64,000 nt of DNA from an uncultured Tangfeifania sp. Lineage in GTDB: Bacteria > Bacteroidota > Bacteroidia > Bacteroidales > Prolixibacteraceae. A model generated the notes under the pieces. That model did no database searches. It had not been told where the DNA came from and saw only the letters and a list, made by a program, of their open reading frames with translations. Numbering within the stretch: position 1 is the stretch's first letter; every line of letters starts with the position of its first letter. Positions 1 through 9,442 of the stretch are shown here, piece after piece. The DNA lies in the NCBI GenBank assembly GCA_964506325.1, contig CAZDLO010000005.1, positions 19,002 through 83,001 of the forward strand. The letters run 5' to 3'. Both the position numbers and the translations under genes were made by a program.

Positions 1-417
1 GAGATAGTCAAACTTAAACACAGTGTGATCGGCCATATTCATGGTGCCTCATCACGCATCAACCCGCAAATTACTGCCCTGACTAAAACCGAAGTACAAA
101 TTTCGCGGCATTATTATATCTCAAAATATGAGAAATACTGGTGGGCCTCATGCATGCATTCCTTATTGATTCTGGATAGCATGTTATTTGGACTGCTGCC
201 GGCACTTTTGGGATTTCTGCTTTTCTTTGTCAAAAAGCTCAATGTTTACAGTCATATCTACCTCAGATTAGTAAAATATTACCTAAGTGTACTAAAATCT
301 GGCAGATGGATCAGTGAGAGGTCTGTGAATTACGCTGTCAAGCACAAAGAGCCGGTTACGAACCACGATATTTCGTTGCCTAAACAGTTTAAACACCAAA
401 TACAACAGGGATATTGA
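1..417 (+). CDS. 3' end of an unidentified protein; the frame is open to the left window edge and contains one hydrophobic segment
   Basis: Frame 1 has no stop from nt 1 to the TGA at 415-417. The segment LLILDSMLFGLLPALLGFLLFFV looks like a TM helix. No family motif was recognised. Its stop directly abuts the stop (418-420) of the convergent glycosyltransferase gene. Confidence 0.3.
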   Translation, partial: EIVKLKHSVIGHIHGASSRINPQITALTKTEVQISRHYYISKYEKYWWASCMHSLLILDSMLFGLLPALLGFLLFFVKKLNVYSHIYLRLVKYYLSVLKSGRWISERSVNYAVKHKEPVTNHDISLPKQFKHQIQQGY

Positions 418-1539
418 TTAATTTTCCTTTACAAGTGAAAGGTACAATTTCATCAGGTTATCTGCTACTATCTTATCACTAAAAAGAAGGGCATTGGCAG
501 TGCCTTTTTGAATTAATTCACTTCTTAAATCACTGTTTGTTAAAACATTCCGGATAGATACACCTATTTCAGCGCAATTGTGCGGGTCGATGTATAGAGC
601 TCCGTCCCCTCCGGCTTCAGGCATACTGCTAACATTGGAAGTGATGACAGGGCACCCCGAGGCCTGTGCTTCGAGTACTGGAAGACCGAATCCTTCAAAG
701 AACGATGGATAGACCATTACTTCTGCCATTTGGTAGATGGCTTGCAATTCGGATGTGTTGGTGTCATGGAGAAAGATCAATTGATTACGGATACCTGATT
801 CCATGATGAATTCGTCAATCTGCTTTTTGTATTCAGTAGGTTTCCCCAAAATTACTACCTGAACTGAGAGCTTCTCTTTAACTATACCCTGCAATATGGC
901 GAGTTGATTTTTTCTTTGTTCAATAGTCCCGACACATAATATGAATTTATCAGGTAAATTGAATTTTCTCCTGACATGCTCTTTTTCGACCACAGTAGCA
1001 GGCGTGTAAAAAATACTATTACACGACTGATGGATTACTTCAATTTTCCCTGGGTTAATACCCATAAAATCGATCAAATCCTTTTTTGTCTGATGACTGA
1101 TCGCTATTATTTTCGTGGCTCTTTGGCAGCTTCTCAGTGCATTTAAATAATAGAATTTACGGTCTAATTTTTTGTAAAATTCAGGGTATCTTAAGAAAAT
1201 AAGGTCATGAATGGTTACCACAGATGGAATACCAGTTTTCCTTATTCCGATAGGAACTAAGTGGCTTAGTCCATGAAATAGGTCTAACTTGTTTTTTTTT
1301 AATAGTTTACAAACTCCAAATAGTCGCCAGAATGCACTGAATCGTTTGGAAAATTGGGACTCCGGGGAGATCACTTTCACCTGTACAGGTGGTAAAAATA
1401 GGTTTGTAAGCTTCGGGGCAAAAAGTATATATTGGTTGTCGGGATAATATCTGACCAATAAATTAATAGTATTGCGGCTGTAGTTGCCCAATCCAGAAAA
1501 ATTTTGAAATAGCCTTTTAGCCTCAAAACCAATGATCAT
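418..1539 (-). CDS. Glycosyltransferase family 1 (GT4-type)
   Basis: The N-terminus MIIGFEAKRLFQNFSGLGNYSRN and the C-terminal block YPSFFEGFGLPVLEAQASGCPVITSNVSSMPEAGGDGALYIDP (EX7E region) are typical of GT4 enzymes. It is the last gene of the minus-strand glycan operon. Confidence 0.85.
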   Translation of the reverse strand: MIIGFEAKRLFQNFSGLGNYSRNTINLLVRYYPDNQYILFAPKLTNLFLPPVQVKVISPESQFSKRFSAFWRLFGVCKLLKKNKLDLFHGLSHLVPIGIRKTGIPSVVTIHDLIFLRYPEFYKKLDRKFYYLNALRSCQRATKIIAISHQTKKDLIDFMGINPGKIEVIHQSCNSIFYTPATVVEKEHVRRKFNLPDKFILCVGTIEQRKNQLAILQGIVKEKLSVQVVILGKPTEYKKQIDEFIMESGIRNQLIFLHDTNTSELQAIYQMAEVMVYPSFFEGFGLPVLEAQASGCPVITSNVSSMPEAGGDGALYIDPHNCAEIGVSIRNVLTNSDLRSELIQKGTANALLFSDKIVADNLMKLYLSLVKEN

Positions 1540-1663
1540 AAGTCATTTATATTACATGGGGAATTTTAAACTATTCTATTTTAGAAAGGCTAAATGTAAT
1601 TTATTTTCTCAAAGAAGCAAGTTCCAAAGGATGAAATTTAAGCCGATGAAATGAAAGTGGATT

Positions 1664-2548
1664 TTAATTTCTTATGGCACGAATCATGCCCCGTCTAAAA
1701 AAAGGTGCCTTGATATTTCTATCCCTATAAAGCAGAACATAGCCATCAGAGTGAGTAGTTTCAAATCGGTGATGCCTTAACAGGCTATTAAACTCAAGTT
1801 CATCTTCAGGCTTATGGTAGGTGCAGATAGCTATTTTTAGAGGAATTTGTGACTGAAGTATTCTTTTACAACCATTTAGTAATTGTGATTCAGCACCTTC
1901 TACATCAATTTTCAGAAATGATATTTTGTCTGTATCAGAGAAATAGTCATCAAGCGTAGTAAAATTTGAATCAACGGTATCACCGACAAATTTATTTACA
2001 ATAGTTACTTTATTTTTCCAGGGGCTAAAGGTTGCTTTTAACGGCTCGATCCACTCCTTATCCCCTTCAAAGATTATTATTCGTGAGGCTTTTTCAACCA
2101 CACTCAGTGAGAAATTTCCTTCTGCAGCACCAATGTCGACCAATACGTCTTTATTTTCAACTTTAAAGTTTATTGTTTCGTAACAATGAGGTGATTGTGT
2201 ATCCTGTTCTTTCAAAAGCTCATTGAAAATTTTTTGGATCCGTCTTTTGCTTAACCGCCTCTTGAAATATAATTTTTTCATGTCTAACAGCGCATACGGC
2301 AGCTTATTTTCATGATCATAGAAAACTTCCACGCGATCACTCTTGTAATGATCCTGAAAATAATGGGGAAACATCACTAACGGCCTTGTTCTCAGATATT
2401 CAAGTGCTGCTTCGATATCTTCGGCGAGAGGCTCTGTAAGTTTTGAGTAATAGTCGAAAATTCTAGCCTTGAGCCTTCGGGAATCAATTTTTTTTCGGAT
2501 AAATTTTGGTAAAATAATCCGATAGATTTGTGAGAGAGTGAGGTCCAA
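1664..2548 (-). CDS. FkbM-family SAM-dependent methyltransferase
   Basis: VDIGAAEGNFS (glycine-rich SAM motif) and FLKIDVEGAE are the two signature blocks of FkbM/Methyltransf_21 proteins. Confidence 0.8.
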   Translation of the reverse strand: MDLTLSQIYRIILPKFIRKKIDSRRLKARIFDYYSKLTEPLAEDIEAALEYLRTRPLVMFPHYFQDHYKSDRVEVFYDHENKLPYALLDMKKLYFKRRLSKRRIQKIFNELLKEQDTQSPHCYETINFKVENKDVLVDIGAAEGNFSLSVVEKASRIIIFEGDKEWIEPLKATFSPWKNKVTIVNKFVGDTVDSNFTTLDDYFSDTDKISFLKIDVEGAESQLLNGCKRILQSQIPLKIAICTYHKPEDELEFNSLLRHHRFETTHSDGYVLLYRDRNIKAPFFRRGMIRAIRN

Positions 2549-2618
2549 AATCGTTTGATTTATGGTTTATATCAGCAATGATTATTTTTTTTCAAAAAAA
2601 TAAGAATGAATGTGCAGA

Positions 2619-3683
2619 TCAGATAGATCTAAGTTTTTTTATATATTCAAAATCCGAAATAACCATCTTTTTGACCAGATCGCTAAAGGCTGTTTTGTTG
2701 GGATTCCAACCCAAAACCTCTTTGGCTTTGGTGGGATCCCCGCACAACAGATCTACTTCGGTTGGCCTGTAATAGGTCGGATCAACTTCAACAATGACAT
2801 TCCCGGTTTTTTTACAAACTCCCTTTTCGTTTATGCCGGTTCCGTTCCATTCGACGGTAATTCCGGCTTCCATAAATGCAAGCGAGCAAAATTCACGTAC
2901 CGTATGCATCTCTCCTGTTGCAATAACAAAGTCTTCCGGGGTATGGTGCTGGAGCATTAGCCACATGCACTCAATGTAATCTTTGGCATATCCCCAATCT
3001 CTTAATGCATTTAAGTTCCCTAGGTACAGTACTTTCTGCTTGCCGGTGGCAATGCGTACTGCTGCAAGTGTTATCTTCCTTGTCACAAAGTTCTCGCCGC
3101 GACGTTCACTCTCATGGTTAAAAAGGATCCCGTTGACTGCAAATAGGCCATAAGCTTCACGGTAGTTTTTTGTTATCCAAAAGGCAAATTGTTTTGATAT
3201 TCCATAGGGTGAGCGAGGGTAAAAGGGCGTCTTTTCTGACTGGGGAGTCTCTTGCACCAACCCGTATAGTTCTGAGGTGGATGCCTGGTAAATTCGTGTT
3301 TTCTTTTCCATCTCCAATATCCGGACAGCTTCCAGAATCCGGAGTGTCCCAATAGCATCGGTTTCGGCTGTATATTCCGGGACATCAAAGGATACCTTTA
3401 CATGCGACTGGGCTGCAAGATTGTAAATTTCGTCAGGTTTAACTTTTTGAATGATGCGCACCAGTGAACTCGAGTCGGTCATATCGCCATAATGAAGCGT
3501 AAGCTTGCTCTTCAGTTGCATATCCTGTATCATCTCCTCGATATACAAATGCTCAATCCTGGTCCGGTTAAACTGTGAAGCCCTTCGGACTATTCCATGG
3601 ACTTCATAGCCCTTGTCAATTAAGAATTCGGCCAGATAGGAACCATCCTGACCAGTAATACCGGTTATTAAAGCAGTCTTCAT
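2619..3683 (-). CDS. gmd: GDP-mannose 4,6-dehydratase
   Basis: Motifs seen: [47 protein letters not shown] (YxxxK) and [19 protein letters not shown]. The start is placed at the ATG at 3683 (MKTALITG), not the track start at 3761. This ATG overlaps the upstream stop as ATGA. Confidence 0.95.
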   Translation of the reverse strand: MKTALITGITGQDGSYLAEFLIDKGYEVHGIVRRASQFNRTRIEHLYIEEMIQDMQLKSKLTLHYGDMTDSSSLVRIIQKVKPDEIYNLAAQSHVKVSFDVPEYTAETDAIGTLRILEAVRILEMEKKTRIYQASTSELYGLVQETPQSEKTPFYPRSPYGISKQFAFWITKNYREAYGLFAVNGILFNHESERRGENFVTRKITLAAVRIATGKQKVLYLGNLNALRDWGYAKDYIECMWLMLQHHTPEDFVIATGEMHTVREFCSLAFMEAGITVEWNGTGINEKGVCKKTGNVIVEVDPTYYRPTEVDLLCGDPTKAKEVLGWNPNKTAFSDLVKKMVISDFEYIKKLRSI

Positions 3684-4768
3684 TGAGTATGTTTGTTTTT
3701 GTGTAATTCGTCCATAATATCTTTGAAAAGAGCAATATATGCCTTCAGGTTGGCTTCCCATGTAAATTTCAGTGAGTGTTTTTTTAAAGTACCGGGAAGA
3801 GCAGGGTTCTTATAGAACTCATCAATTTTTTCCAAAAAAAAGTGAGCCATTTCCCCCGGATCAAAGCTTTCCCAATAATAGGCATGATCTTCACTTACTT
3901 CAGGAATACTTGAAAATGTCGAAGCAAAAACCGGCTTCCCAAATCGCATTGCTTCAACAGGAGGAAAACCCATCCCCTCAAACCTGGATGGGAAAAGAAC
4001 TGCCTTACAGTTGCTGTACATCCAGAATTTAGCTTCCTCCGAAATAATCCCCGGTAGTAAAATGCGGTCGTGGAGGCCCAATGAATTAATTTTCTGCTGT
4101 AATTCATCCGCATAAGCAGAAGATTTATTGCCTGCAATTATCAATTTATATTTGTTGGGCAACTGTTGCATAAATTCAAGAAGAACATGATAGTTTTTCT
4201 TCATTTGTACGACTCCAACCGAAAACAGTAGATCTCCTTCAGGGGCAAAGGAAGGTTTTTGTACATTTTCAAAAGTTTTCACCTTTACACCACAGTAAAT
4301 CACATGAATCGGAATATTTCTGATATTCAGGTGCTCTCTGACCACACTTTCTGTGTACTTGGAGATAACGGTTATAGCAATTGCCCTGTCAACTTTTTTT
4401 TGAAGCTTTTGAAGCCTGATTTTTGCTTTGGCAGGAGATTTCTCCCCCAGAAAATTCAAGTCGTTGATTGTGAGGATGTAGGGTGATTTTAAGTCAGATG
4501 GGAAGTGTGCCGAATCCTGGTGGATAGTATACCAAAGGTCATATTTTTTGCATAAGGTCGGGAAATACCGACGTTTCAGGGATACTACCTCGTAATCAAC
4601 AAGATCACCAAAATATCCTTTGAATTTTTTTGGAACCAGCAGGGTGAATTTGAATCTGTCATCATTTAGCCGGCTGATTTCATCGCCAAAAAAGGCAGCC
4701 ACCTGTCCCAGACCTGTATTTAAATCTTTTAACCGGTCCAGATCGATCAAAACTGAATATTTATCCAT
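3680..4768 (-). CDS. Glycosyltransferase family 1 (GT4-type)
   Basis: Contains the block [46 protein letters not shown]. The start is placed at [10 protein letters not shown] (ATG at 4768), giving an 8-nt overlap with the per stop. Confidence 0.8.
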   Translation of the reverse strand: MDKYSVLIDLDRLKDLNTGLGQVAAFFGDEISRLNDDRFKFTLLVPKKFKGYFGDLVDYEVVSLKRRYFPTLCKKYDLWYTIHQDSAHFPSDLKSPYILTINDLNFLGEKSPAKAKIRLQKLQKKVDRAIAITVISKYTESVVREHLNIRNIPIHVIYCGVKVKTFENVQKPSFAPEGDLLFSVGVVQMKKNYHVLLEFMQQLPNKYKLIIAGNKSSAYADELQQKINSLGLHDRILLPGIISEEAKFWMYSNCKAVLFPSRFEGMGFPPVEAMRFGKPVFASTFSSIPEVSEDHAYYWESFDPGEMAHFFLEKIDEFYKNPALPGTLKKHSLKFTWEANLKAYIALFKDIMDELHKNKHTQ

Positions 4769-5864
4769 TTCCCTCAATAAAATTAACAGCCAAATTTGCA
4801 ATAAAAGAGACATCTGCATTTTTTAATTCCGGATAGCTGGGCAGGTTGATGCCACGCGAGCTGATATCTGCAGCAACCGGGAATTTTTCATCGGTAAGAT
4901 TCGCATACATTTTCATAGTATGGACCGGATAAAACAAAGGACGGGTTTCAATGCCCATCTTGCTTAAATGAGATCTTAACGCATCTCTCCTGTCAGCGGA
5001 CGGGATCAAAACCGAACACATCCAATACGAGTTAAGCACATAGTCTGCTTCACCCTGCAATTCTATGGCGGAATTTTCAAATGCCTTTCTGTATACTGAA
5101 GCAATCCTGATTTTGTCGGCGATGATCTCATCTATCCGTTCCAGCTGAGCAACGCCAATTGCAGAACAGATGTTGGTCATTCTATAATTGTACCCGATTT
5201 CATCATGCCAGTATTCCAGGTTGGAAAGACCCTGGTTTTTCAGTTTTTTTACCCGTTCGATCAGCTCTTCTGAATTGGTTGTAACCATTCCACCCTCGCC
5301 GGTGGTAATTGTCTTGTTCCCGAAAAAGCTGAATGCGGCTATATCCCCGAAAGTACCCATCAACTTTCCTTTGTATTGACTGCCGATTGCTTCGGCGCAG
5401 TCTTCAACAAGCTTTAATTGATACCTGCTGCAAATGTCAAGCAAGGAATCCATTTCGCAAGGATGGCCATAGATGTGGGGTGCCAGGATGGCTTTGGTTT
5501 TTGGCGTGATTTTTAGTTTTACATCCTCACAATCCATCTGCCATGTCTCAGGGAGTGAATCAACAAAAACAGGCGTAGCTCCTACGTAAGCAATTGCATT
5601 AACGGAAGCGATGTAAGTAAAGGTAGGCACTATCACCTCATCTCCCGGTTTGATATCCAAAGCCAGCAATGCCAGGTGCAGGGCAACAGTCCCGTTGCAA
5701 ACACTGGTTGCATAAGCTGCATGGATATAATTGGCAAATTTCAATTCAAATTCATTGATGTATCTCCCTTTTGAAGAAATCCATGTAGATTCTATACAAT
5801 CGGTAACATACTTTAGTTCATTCCCTGTCAGGGAGGGTCTGTAAACCGGGTAATTTATATCCAT
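4761..5864 (-). CDS. per: GDP-perosamine synthase-like PLP aminotransferase (DegT/DnrJ/EryC1 family)
   Basis: Resembles Per/RfbE-type enzymes along its length: YRPSLTGNELKYVTDCIESTWISSKGRYINEFE, NGTVALHLA, GDEVIVPTFTY, FSFFGNKTITTGEGGM (PLP lysine), YWHDEIGYNYRMTN, RGINLPSYP. It sits in one operon with gmd, which supplies the GDP-4-keto-6-deoxymannose substrate. The start is placed at MDINYPVY (ATG at 5864). The 476-aa track ORF is a read-through from integrase debris. Confidence 0.8.
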   Translation of the reverse strand: MDINYPVYRPSLTGNELKYVTDCIESTWISSKGRYINEFELKFANYIHAAYATSVCNGTVALHLALLALDIKPGDEVIVPTFTYIASVNAIAYVGATPVFVDSLPETWQMDCEDVKLKITPKTKAILAPHIYGHPCEMDSLLDICSRYQLKLVEDCAEAIGSQYKGKLMGTFGDIAAFSFFGNKTITTGEGGMVTTNSEELIERVKKLKNQGLSNLEYWHDEIGYNYRMTNICSAIGVAQLERIDEIIADKIRIASVYRKAFENSAIELQGEADYVLNSYWMCSVLIPSADRRDALRSHLSKMGIETRPLFYPVHTMKMYANLTDEKFPVAADISSRGINLPSYPELKNADVSFIANLAVNFIEGNG

Positions 5865-5920
5865 TGGTATGATCTGTAATTGAATGGCACAAAGTAAGAA
5901 AAAAACACAAATCAATATTG

Positions 5921-6441
5921 GTTGCCTTATTGGATCGTTCTTATACTTTTCAATGATTGCCTGAGCCTGTTGCAGAATTGGAACTGGTGCCTGAACGCCA
6001 GTTTTATTTCTCTCGTAATTTATCCAATTTTTAGCATCAATACCTCGTGTAATACTTCCCGGAGTAAGATCTGCAAGATCTGAACAGGATAGGCCCGTGT
6101 AACAGACAAAAACAAAAATGTCGCGAATCCGCTTTAGCCTTGATAATTTGAATTGTTTGGTTTCAATCTTATTTAATTCTTCACCAGTCAAATACCCTCG
6201 TGATGTCTCTTTGTCCGCTGTTTTCTATACTGTGAAGAACGTCATTTAAAGTCCTTGCATTTTCAGAACGTCCCCTGGCTCTTTCTGGAATGGGGTCCCA
6301 TTTTTACAACTCTATCTTGCAGTTGGTTGATATTTCTGAGCGTGAGCCATTCGCCGTTATTCTAAGATAAATTGGGATATAGCCCTTTCTATCTTCGTGG
6401 GTTTTCTTCAGGTAAAACAAAATGCTTAAATCGTACTTCAT
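5921..6441 (-). pseudogene. Decayed tyrosine recombinase (Bacteroidota tRNA-linked integrase type)
   Basis: My translation from the ATG at 6441 gives MKYDLSILFYLKKTHEDRKGYIPIYLRITANGSRSEISTNCKIEL, then an in-frame TAA, then KWDPIPERARGRSENARTLNDVLHSIEN. A 1-nt frameshift follows, then LTGEELNKIETKQFKLSRLKRIRDIFVFVCYTGLSCSDLADLT..RNKTGVQAPVPILQQAQAIIEKY. These are the typical N-terminal and first catalytic-domain blocks. About 120 aa of the core-binding region and the whole HxxR...Y catalytic end are missing. Confidence 0.75.
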
Positions 6442-6707
6442 AGCTAAAAAGTGTTTAATTATAGTGCAAATTTACTGCCAAATGGTGGCGCCAGAAAGTG
6501 AAATAATCTGCAAGTAGATGCAAACAAGCTGTAAATAATGAGGTGGTTACGAGGTTTCATGTGACTATTTTTCACTGGGGATGAATAGTCACCTATTTAG
6601 TCTCCTGAATATCGGGTAAAACAACAAATTTCAGGGTTTATTAAAATGAAAAAACGCCTGTAATCATTGATAACAAGCGTTTTAATGAATTTAATAGGCT
6701 AAACAAG

Positions 6708-6780
6708 TGACCCCGGAGGGATTCGAACCCTCGACCCATTGATTAAGAGTCAATTGCTCTACCAGCTGAGCTACGGAGTC
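6708..6780 (-). tRNA. tRNA-Lys (anticodon CTT)
   Basis: A 73-nt cloverleaf was read by eye. Acceptor GACTCCG/CGGGGTC (one G-U); D arm GCTC-AGCTGGTA-GAGC; anticodon arm ATTGA-CTCTTAA-TCAAT; variable loop GGGTC; T arm GAGGG-TTCGAAT-CCCTC; discriminator A. CCA is not encoded. Confidence 0.9.
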
Positions 6781-6797
6781 TCTAAAAAATCGAGGAG

Positions 6798-6805
6798 CAA
6801 ATCTA
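6798..6805 (-). promoter_or_regulatory. Candidate Bacteroidota -7 promoter box (TAGATTTG) for tRNA-Lys
   Basis: The minus strand reads TAGATTTG, matching TAnnTTTG. The box ends 17 nt upstream of the mature tRNA 5' end. Confidence 0.4.
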
Positions 6806-6883
6806 GCAATTATTTTAAATCATTCTATTCAAGCGCCCAAATTAGTGCAATTATCTGCAATATCTTTACCTGTTGCTGACCAG

Positions 6884-7618
6884 TTATTGAAAATATCTCA
6901 TAATGTCATCGGCAATCAGGTGATGGCCTTTTTCGTTGGGATGGTTAACCTGTGACATAAAATGGGAGATCGAATCGCCTGAAGCTGCTACCTGGTAAAA
7001 TAGTGCGTAACTGTCAACAATTCCCACCCCGTATTTTTTTGCCAGGGCTTTTACCTGTCTGGCATGTTTTTCCAGTTCATTGGAAGGTTCCAGTATATTG
7101 ATTCTCTGGTCCGGAGAAGGAGTCAGAAGTATTACTTTAATGTGCCTTTTGAGAGCTTCACGGATCATAAACTCCCATGCTTCTCCTGCCTGAACAAGTC
7201 CAAGTGACCGGTCGTTCAGCGAATAATCGATAAAAATCAGATCCGGTTTATGCGACAGGACTTCTGATTCGAACCGTTTTGCGCCTCTCAACGAGTTTTC
7301 GCCTCCAACAGAGGTATTGATGACATTGATTACCGCGTAGGCATACCTGTTTTTCAGCTCCGTCAGAAGCAGGTATGGGTAAGAGGAGGCAGTGTTCACC
7401 ACGGGAGTAGTAAAATACCCGGCCGGAACGGAATGACCATGAAAAACCAGGTTGATGGTTCTGTTGGATGGCCATTTCTTCCTCATCTCCGTTTTCAGGT
7501 CATTCAGATAATCAGAGCTGCTGACGTTCTCATTTTTTATAGACCTCTGGCATGAAAAAATGGATAGAAGAAATGAAGCCACAACAATATATCTGAACAG
7601 GATTTTTCTTTTCATCAT
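6884..7618 (-). CDS. Secreted SGNH/GDSL-family hydrolase
   Basis: Has a signal peptide. The SGNH blocks are present: LVFHGHSVPAG (block I-like), GGENS, IDYSLND, and NHPNEKGHHLIADDI (block V, DxxH-like). Confidence 0.8.
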   Translation of the reverse strand: MMKRKILFRYIVVASFLLSIFSCQRSIKNENVSSSDYLNDLKTEMRKKWPSNRTINLVFHGHSVPAGYFTTPVVNTASSYPYLLLTELKNRYAYAVINVINTSVGGENSLRGAKRFESEVLSHKPDLIFIDYSLNDRSLGLVQAGEAWEFMIREALKRHIKVILLTPSPDQRINILEPSNELEKHARQVKALAKKYGVGIVDSYALFYQVAASGDSISHFMSQVNHPNEKGHHLIADDIMRYFQ

Positions 7619-7644
7619 TAATTATTTTGTTTATCTATTTGACT

Positions 7645-7723
7645 GTGGGCATACCCACCTATTCATTTCCGGTTGGTCCCGACAAGTCGGGATGACTAAA
7701 CCATAATTTTGGAAATTATGGTT
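7645..7723 (-). terminator. Three tandem hairpins downstream of the thioredoxin-like gene; probable terminator region
   Basis: The hairpins are GTGGG-cata-CCCAC (7645-7658), TCCCGAC-aa-GTCGGGA (7677-7692), and a perfect 11-bp stem AACCATAATTT-tgg-AAATTATGGTT (7699-7723). There is no long U-run. Confidence 0.4.
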
Positions 7724-7790
7724 GATTATCTGAAGTTGCCTTCGAATATCCTGATTTCAGCAAAATTACTTGGGGGCTGTCGATTCAGAG

Positions 7791-8909
7791 CTAAGGCCGG
7801 ACCTCCTGGAGCAATTCCTTTACCTTGTTGTACAAATCTTCCCCTCTCAGGTTTTTTGCCACAATGATACCGTTTTTATCCAGTAAAACATTTGATGGAA
7901 TGGAGTTTACGAAATAAAGCCTGGCTGCGGCGTTGTTGAAATAAGCCAGGTCAGAAACATGTGTCCAGGTAAGGTTGTCATCTGAAATAGCTTTGACCCA
8001 ATCTTCTTTGTTTCTGTCAAGCGAAACACCCAGTACATCAAAACCTTTCTGCTTGAACTCATTGTAAACTTTTACAACTGCAGGGTTTTCCCTTCGGCAA
8101 GGGCCGCACCAGGCAGCCCAGAAATCAACAAGCAGCAGATTTTTTCCGGTTCTGGATGACAGTGATACAGGTACTCCATTGGGGTCATTTAACGTGAAAT
8201 TCGGGGCTTTTTGACCGATGTCAACCGATTTTACGGAAATGTAACGTGCTTTCAGTTCAGTCATGGCCGGGATTTTGGAGATTGCGGGATCCAATTGGCT
8301 GATGAGAGATTCCACCTCCTCCTGTGGGACCATGTTGGCAAGGCTGCTGATAATAACAGGAGATACATAGGATTTAGGATTCTGCTTAACAAAGTCCTTT
8401 TGGATTTTCATTATTTCAATTGACAGGTTCGAAGCCAGTGTTCTGATCTCATTCATTTTTAGGGTATCACCAGACTGACTTGCAGACTGATAATTTTTTA
8501 AGTGGACCTGGATCTTCTCCTGGTTGGCCTTAATAGTATTAAGCAAAGTGTAAAATTCATCCTGGGTCTTTGATCCTGAGATTTTTGCGTTGCTGAGAGA
8601 ATCAAATTTTGCGAGGATGGAAATTTTAGAATTTTCAACAAAGAAGGTAAAGCCTTTTTTGCTGGCCCTTGCAACTAAACTTACCATAGAAGGGACCATT
8701 GTCTTTCCTGCGATCCTAAATTTACCGTTCACAACTACTGCAGAGTCAAGATTGACAATACGTCCGTTGGCTCTTTCCTGGAGAGTGAAGCTGATACCAT
8801 CAGCACCTTCGATGTCGACGTCAATCACGTAACCTGTCGATTGAGCTGTGACAGAAATGTTGATAAATACTGACCATAAAAGACCCAGAATAAATGCGGT
8901 TTTTTTCAT
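7791..8909 (-). CDS. TlpA-like thiol:disulfide oxidoreductase with an N-terminal DUF4369-like domain
   Basis: Has a signal peptide and the thioredoxin active site DFWAAWCGPCRRENP in the C-terminal ~150 aa. Confidence 0.85.
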   Translation of the reverse strand: MKKTAFILGLLWSVFINISVTAQSTGYVIDVDIEGADGISFTLQERANGRIVNLDSAVVVNGKFRIAGKTMVPSMVSLVARASKKGFTFFVENSKISILAKFDSLSNAKISGSKTQDEFYTLLNTIKANQEKIQVHLKNYQSASQSGDTLKMNEIRTLASNLSIEIMKIQKDFVKQNPKSYVSPVIISSLANMVPQEEVESLISQLDPAISKIPAMTELKARYISVKSVDIGQKAPNFTLNDPNGVPVSLSSRTGKNLLLVDFWAAWCGPCRRENPAVVKVYNEFKQKGFDVLGVSLDRNKEDWVKAISDDNLTWTHVSDLAYFNNAAARLYFVNSIPSNVLLDKNGIIVAKNLRGEDLYNKVKELLQEVRP

Positions 8910-9442
8910 TCGTTAAAAAATTAGTTTTAAAATGCAACATTGGAATGAAGTTCGGGGATCTTAACCGGGGCTATTTCCGAGATTTGTATTTTCATTCCGG
9001 TTGAGAATTTAAAGATATCGGCATCTGCATTGATCGAATATATAGAATCCAAGTTTTGTTAAAGTTAGAATTTCTGGAGAAAAAGTGTGTTTAAACTTCA
9101 TGAAATATGAGATTACGAACCGGTTTTCTGCATTCTATGATCTTTTTTGTGCGGTAAATGCCTGATTTCTTCTTCCGGAAAAAAATTCCTGGCACAAAAT
9201 TGTCAGACCATTAATTAGGGGTAAGTCGAACCCGGATTTTGTATTCAGTAAATTTTAATAACCTATATTACAGCGGATTGGCTAGTTGATTGGTCAAAAA
9301 AAATAGAAGTTGGCCTCCTGTAATTAACGTCTGTTTTTAGCAGATGCCTGTTTCAATATGAATCTCTGTTTGGTTAAAAAATGCAATTCATATTTAAATT
9401 AACAATGAATTTATTACTTTCAAAGTCCTAAAAATCCTGTGG

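Noticed and set aside
2578-2979. Plus-strand ORFs of 61-116 aa antisense to gmd
   Set aside because: They are shadow ORFs inside one of the most confidently identified genes in the window.
4761-6191. The 476-aa track ORF read as a single integrase-aminotransferase fusion protein
   Set aside because: The first ~109 codons are out-of-context integrase debris entered from a TTG. A normal Per-type N-terminus (MDINYPVYRPSLTGNE) begins at the ATG at 5864. The in-frame continuity is incidental.
7266-7275. 10-nt match (GATTCGAACC) to the T-arm region of the tRNA-Lys, considered as a possible att repeat
   Set aside because: It lies inside the SGNH hydrolase CDS on the wrong side of the tRNA (upstream of its 5' end). 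It is only 10 nt long and covers the generic TTCGAA T-loop sequence, so it is most likely chance.
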